Assembly (NCBI GenBank): GCA_965287045.1
Contig: OZ336874.1
Span: forward strand, 85,870,001-85,934,000
DNA length: 64,000 bases
Reading direction: 5' to 3'
Source: Carcharhinus amblyrhynchos
Taxonomy: Eukaryota
Of this stretch, positions 58,765 to 64,000 are shown one piece after another. The notes beneath the pieces were generated by a model. The model worked only from the letters and a program-made list of their open reading frames with translations. It did no database searches and had not been told where the DNA came from. Numbering within the stretch: position 1 is the first letter of the stretch; each line of letters begins with the position of its first letter. Both the position numbers and the translations under genes were made by a program.

Positions 58765-61700
58765 AAAATTCTTTTACAGCTTGTGGGTGTCTCTGGCTAG
58801 GTCAGCATTTATTGTCTTATCTGTAATTGCCTTTGAGAAGGTGGTGGTGAGCTGCCTTCTTGAATCACTGCAATCCATGAAGAGTAGATACACTCGCAGT
58901 GCTGTTATGGAGGGAGTTCAAGGATTTTGACCCAGGAACAGTGATATTTTTCCAAATCAGGATGGTGTGTGTCTTGGAGGAGAACATGCAACTGGTGATG
59001 TTCCCATGCATCTGCTGCCATTGTGCTTCAGGATGGAAGCAGTTGTGGTTTGGGAGGTACTGTCAAAGGAGTCTTGATGAGGTGCTGCAGTGGTGCTTCT
59101 TGATGGTACACACTGTGGCCATTGTGCATTGGTGCTACAGGGAGTGAATGTTGAAGGAGATAGAAGGAGTTCCAATCAAACAGGCGGTGTTGTCCTGTAT
59201 GGTATCAAATGTCTTGAATGTGTTGGAGCGGCACTCATCCAGGCAAGTGGACAGTATTCCATCATACTCCTGGCTTGTGCCTTGTAGATGGTGGAGTGGC
59301 TTTGGGGAATCAGGAGGTGAGTTATTTAGTGTAGAATTCCCAGCCTCCACCCGCCCTTTTATCCACAGTATTTCAATGGTTGATCCAATTTAGTAATTGT
59401 TCATTTATAATATCCAGGATGGCAATAATGGGGATTCAGAAATGGTAATGCCATTGAATGTCAAGAGGAAATGATTAGATTTTCTCTTGTTGCAGATTGT
59501 CATTGCCTGGCACTTCTATGGCACAAATGTTACTTGTCACTTGTCAGCCAAAGCCTAGATAATGTCCAAGTCTCGCTGCATTTGCTATGAGCTGGTTCAG
59601 TATTAGGGATAGTCAACACGGTTTTGTCAAGGGTAGGTCATGTCTCACAAACCTTATCGAGTTCTTTGAGAAGGTGACCAAAGAGGTGGATAAGGGTAAA
59701 GCAGCTGATGTGGTGTATATGGATTTCAGTAAAACGTTTGATAAGGTTCTCCATGGTAAGCTACTGCAGAAAATACGGATGCATGGGATTGAGGGTGATT
59801 TAACAGTTTGGATCAGGAATTGGCGAGCTGATGGAAGACAGAGGGTGGTGGTTGATGGGAAATATTCAACCTGGAGTTCAGTTATTAGTGGTGTACCGCA
59901 GGGATCTGTTTTGGGGCCACTGCTGATTGTCATTTTTATAAATGACCTAGATGAGGGTGTAGAAGGATGGGTTAGTAAATTTGCAGATGACTCTAAAGTC
60001 GGAGGAGTTGTAGACAGTGAGGATGGATGTTACAGTTTGCAGAGGGACATAGATAAGCTTCAGAGCTGGGCTGAGAGGTGGCAAATGGAGTTTAATGCGG
60101 AAAAGTGTGAGGTGATTCACTTTGTAAGGAGTAACAGGATTACAGAATATTGGGCTAATGGAAGGACTCTTGGTAGTGTCGACAAGCAGAGAGATCTCGG
60201 TGTACATGTGCATAGATCCCTGAAAGTTGGCACCCAGGTTGATAAGATTGTTAAGAAGGCGTACGATGTGTTAGCTTTTATTGGTAGAGGGATTGAATTT
60301 CGGAGCCGTGAGATCATGTTGCAACTGTACAAAACTCTGGTGCGGCCGCACTTGGAGTATTGTGTACAGTTCTCGTTGCCGCATTATAAGAAAGACGTGG
60401 AGGCATTGGAAAGGGTGCAGAGGAGGTTTACCAGGATGTTGCCTGGTATGGTGGGAAGGTCTTATGAGGAAAGGCTGAGGGACTTGAGGTTGTTTTCGTT
60501 AGAGAGAAGAACGTTAAGAGGTGACCTAATTGAGGCATACAAGATGATCAGGGGATTAGATAGGGTGGACAGTGAGAGCCTTTTTCCTTGGATGGTGATG
60601 GCTAACACGAGAGAACATAGCTTTAAATTGAGGGGTGATAATTATAGGACGGATGTCAGAGGTAGGTTCTTTACTCAGAGGGTAGTAAGGGCGTGGAATG
60701 CCCTGCCTGCAGCAGTTGTGGACTCGCCAACTTTAAGGGCGTTCAAATGGTCATTGGATAGGTGTTTGGATAATATTGGAATAGTTTAGGTTAGAGGGTC
60801 ATTAGATTGGTTCCACTGGTCGGCGCAACATCGAGGGCCGAAGGGCCTGTACAGCGCTGTAATGTTCTATGCTCAAGGTATCTGAGGAGTCGCGAATGAT
60901 ACTGAACGTTGTCCAGTCACCCCCACTTCTGACCTTAGATTTGACAGAAGGTCATTGGTGAAGCAGCTGAAGTTAGTTGGGCCTCGGACACTACCCTGAG
61001 AAACTCCTGCAATGACATCCTGGGGCTGAGATGTCTGACCGCCAACAATTACAATCATCTTCCTCTGTGCGAGGAATAAATCCAACCAGTGAAGAGTTTC
61101 CCCCCCCGATTTCCATTGACTCTAGTTTAGCTAGGGCTCCCTGATGCCACACTTGGTCAAATGTGGCATTGATTCCAAGGGCAGTGACTCTCACCCCACC
61201 TCTTGAGTAGAGCTCTTTTGTTCACTTTTGGACTAAGGCTGTAATGAAGCCAGAAGCTGATTGAATCTGGTGGAACTCAAACTGAGCATCAATGAACAGG
61301 TTATTGCTACGTTAGTGCCACTGCCAGCGATCCATTCCATTACTTTACTGGTGATCGAGAGTAGACAGATGGGGCCGGACATACCTGGGCAATTTTCCAC
61401 ATTACCAGGTTGAGTCTGTGCTGTAGCTGTACTAGAACAACTTGGCCTTGGGCATGGCTAATTCTCTAGCACAAGTCTGCAGGACTATTGACAGGGTCCA
61501 TAGCCTTTGCAGTAACCGGTACCTTAATTCCTTTCTCGATATCACCTGTGGAGAAATTTGCTGAAGGCAAGCTGGGGACATCAGGAGGAAGGTAAGTTAC
61601 ATCATCCGCTCGGACTGAAGTTTATTGCAAATATTTCAGCCTTTTTCCTTTGCACTAATGTTCTATGCTCCTCCATCATTAAAGATGGTGATATATGTGG

Positions 61701-61790
61701 AGCCTCCTCCTCTAGTGGCAGGACTGCAGAGCTTTGATCTGATCTGTAGGTTGTGGAATCACTTTGCTTTGTCTAGAACTTGCAGCTGAA
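58765..61790 (-). mobile_element. Family-B LINE split by a CR1 insertion
   Basis: Homologous to 23452-24500. 'FDQVWHQG' and 'QGSVRGP'. Host resumes at about 60873. Confidence 0.82.
59600..60872 (+). mobile_element. Young 5'-truncated CR1 with an uninterrupted RT/C-terminal frame (ORF 59587-60789)
   Basis: 'QHGFVKGRSCLTNL...PQGSVLGP...KFADDSK...RFFTQRVVRAWNALP', TGTTCTATG tail. Confidence 0.95.
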
Positions 61791-61961
61791 CTACTCCTGG
61801 AAATAGAAGACCCCACTTAGCTTAGATACATAGAAACATAGAAATTAGAAGCAGGAGTAAACCATTCGGTCCTTTGAGCCTGCTCTGCCTTTCAGCTTGG
61901 TCATGGCTGATCATTGAATTCAATACCCTGATACCCCCTTCCTCCCATACACCTATGATTG

Positions 61962-62602
61962 TGTGGCTAAATTCCCCTCCAACTAGATTTCCAAGTTTGC
62001 TGACACCATCATAGTGGATCAAATCTTAAACAATGGTGAGACAGAGTACAGGAATGAGATAGAAAACTGGTGCAATGACAATCTCTCCCTCAATGTGAAC
62101 AAAATAAAGGAGATTGTCATCAACTTCAAGAAGCATAGCGGAGAACATGCTCCTGTCTACATTAATGGGGATGAAGTAGAAATGGTCCAAAGCTTCAGTT
62201 TTTAGGTGTCCAGATGACCAACAACCTGTCCTAGTCCCCACCCCCCCCCACCAATGCTAACACTATAGTTAAGAAAGCCCATCAATGCCTCAGAAGACTA
62301 AGTAAATTTGGCATGTCAGCTACAACTCTCACCAATTTTTACAGATGCACCATAGAAAGCATTCTTTCTGGTTGTATCACAGCTTGGTATGGCTCCTGCT
62401 CTGCCCATGACAGCAAGAAACTACAAAAGGTCGTGAATGTAGCCCAATCCGTCACAAACCAGCCTCCCATCCATTGACTCTGTCTATACTTATTGCTGCC
62501 TCGGCAAAGCAGCCAGCACAATTAAGGACCCCATGCACCCCGGACATACTGTCTTCTACCTTCTTCCATTGGGAAAAACATACAAAAGTCTGAGGTCATG
62601 CA
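61962..62602 (+). mobile_element. Rex1/Babar-type LINE RT fragment
   Basis: 'WCNDNLSLNVNKIKEIVINF'. Homologous to 49505. Confidence 0.85.
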
Positions 62603-63745
62603 CCTATACAATTGTAGCAAAACATCCTGATCCTATATTCAAACCCTCTCGCTATGAAAGCCAACATACCATTTGCCTTCTTTAAGTGCCTACTGTAACT
62701 CCACGCTTACTTTTAGAGACTGATGCATGAGAACTCCAAGGTCTTGTCGAGTATCCACCTCTCTCAATTTAAACTCATTCATTAATACTCTGCCTCCCTA
62801 TTATTGCGACCAAAGTGGATAACCTCACATTTATCCACATTATATTGTATCTGCCATGCAGATGTCCACACACTCAGCCTGCCCAAATCACACTGAAGCA
62901 TCTCTGCATCCTCCTCACAGCTCACCCTCCCACCCAACTTTGTATCGTCTGCAAATTTAAAGATAATACATTCAGTTCTTCCAAATCGTTAATATATTAT
63001 GTGAACAGTTGGGGTCCTAGCACAAATCCCCACAGAACACCACTAGTCACTGACTGCCAAAAAGAAAAAGACCCATTTTTTCCAACTCTTTGCTTTCTAT
63101 CTGCTAACCAGATTTCTATCCACCTTAAGACATCGCCTGCAATCCCATGTGCTTTAACTGTACATCATAGTCTGTTACGTGAGACGTTGTCAAAGGCCTT
63201 CGGAAAGTCTAAGTAAACCACAACTAATGGTTCTCCTTGGTCAACTCTGCTAATTATATCATCAAAAAATTGCAATAGTTTCATAAGCATGATTTCCCTT
63301 CTGTAAATCCATGCTGACTTTGTCTGATTATAGCACTGCCTTTCAAATGCTCAGTTATGAAATCCTTGATAATACTCTTTAGCAACTTCCCCAGTACTGA
63401 TGTTAGGCTCACTGGTCTATAATTCCCTGTTTTCTCTCTACCTCCCTTTTTGAATAGCGGGCTTACATTGGCTACCTTCCAATCTGTAGGAACTATTCTA
63501 GAGTCCAAAGATTTTTGGAAAATAACCACCAATAGATCTATTATTTCCACAGCCACTTCCTTAATACGCTGGGATGGAGATTATCAGGATCTAGAGATTT
63601 AGCCACCTTCAATCCCATCAATTTCCCCAAAACCATTTCTCCACTAATGCTGATTTCCTTCAGTCCTCACTAAAACATGTTTCTCTCAGCACTTCTGGCA
63701 CATTATTCATGTCTTTCTTTGCGAAGACTGAAGCAAAGTACAAGC
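62603..63745 (-). mobile_element. CR1 RT fragment
   Basis: 'DWKVANVSPLFKKGGREKTGNYRPVSLTS...QHGF..GKSCL'. Confidence 0.9.
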
Positions 63746-64000
63746 TTACCTTGCCACATTCATTGTAATTGGTGTTCTACATAGAGAAGTATCTATTCAT
63801 CAGCTACTGGAGCATAGGCAGTAGGTGGTGTCAGGAAAAATAGTGAGAACATGAAGATATTAGGGAAATCCAATAAATTGCAATGTTTTGTGCTGGTAAT
63901 ACATTTTTAAAAACTATTTGGAAAATGTAAGTTGCTTGAAGGCAGAGGCAGTTTGTTTATGCGAAGAAGTGATTTTGATAAGTTGGTGAGCATAGCATTA

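Noticed and set aside
59587-60789. 400-aa reverse transcriptase ORF as a domesticated gene or a retron/defence-type RT system
   Set aside because: It is a typical 5'-truncated CR1 ORF2 with its own 3' tail. The ATG comes from flanking LINE sequence, and there is no accessory gene or ncRNA.

Overview
Eukaryotic, repeat-dense DNA with no operon-like structure. The repeat inventory fits a cartilaginous fish (shark/ray): many CR1/HER1-type LINEs with HE1-like V-SINEs, Deu-domain (SacSINE1-like) SINEs, L2, Rex1, RTE and Penelope remnants, a decayed Gypsy LTR element, and GC-rich TIR elements that look PIF/Harbinger-derived. Most listed ORFs are broken retroelement fragments or their antisense shadows. 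I recognise no host gene. Several unique stretches have canonical splice signals and open frames: a + strand exon pair at 26910-27003 and 27473-27659, and a - strand pair at 7841-7909 and 7489-7746. These are unidentified candidates only. The most notable structures are a perfect 51-bp hairpin of Penelope origin with a decayed hammerhead-ribozyme core, a 40-bp inverted repeat bracketing 934 bp, a locally templated ~310-bp duplication, and several nested insertions. I found no convincing novel multi-gene system. Repeat boundaries were read by eye and are approximate, and family names come from motif recognition, not a database search.
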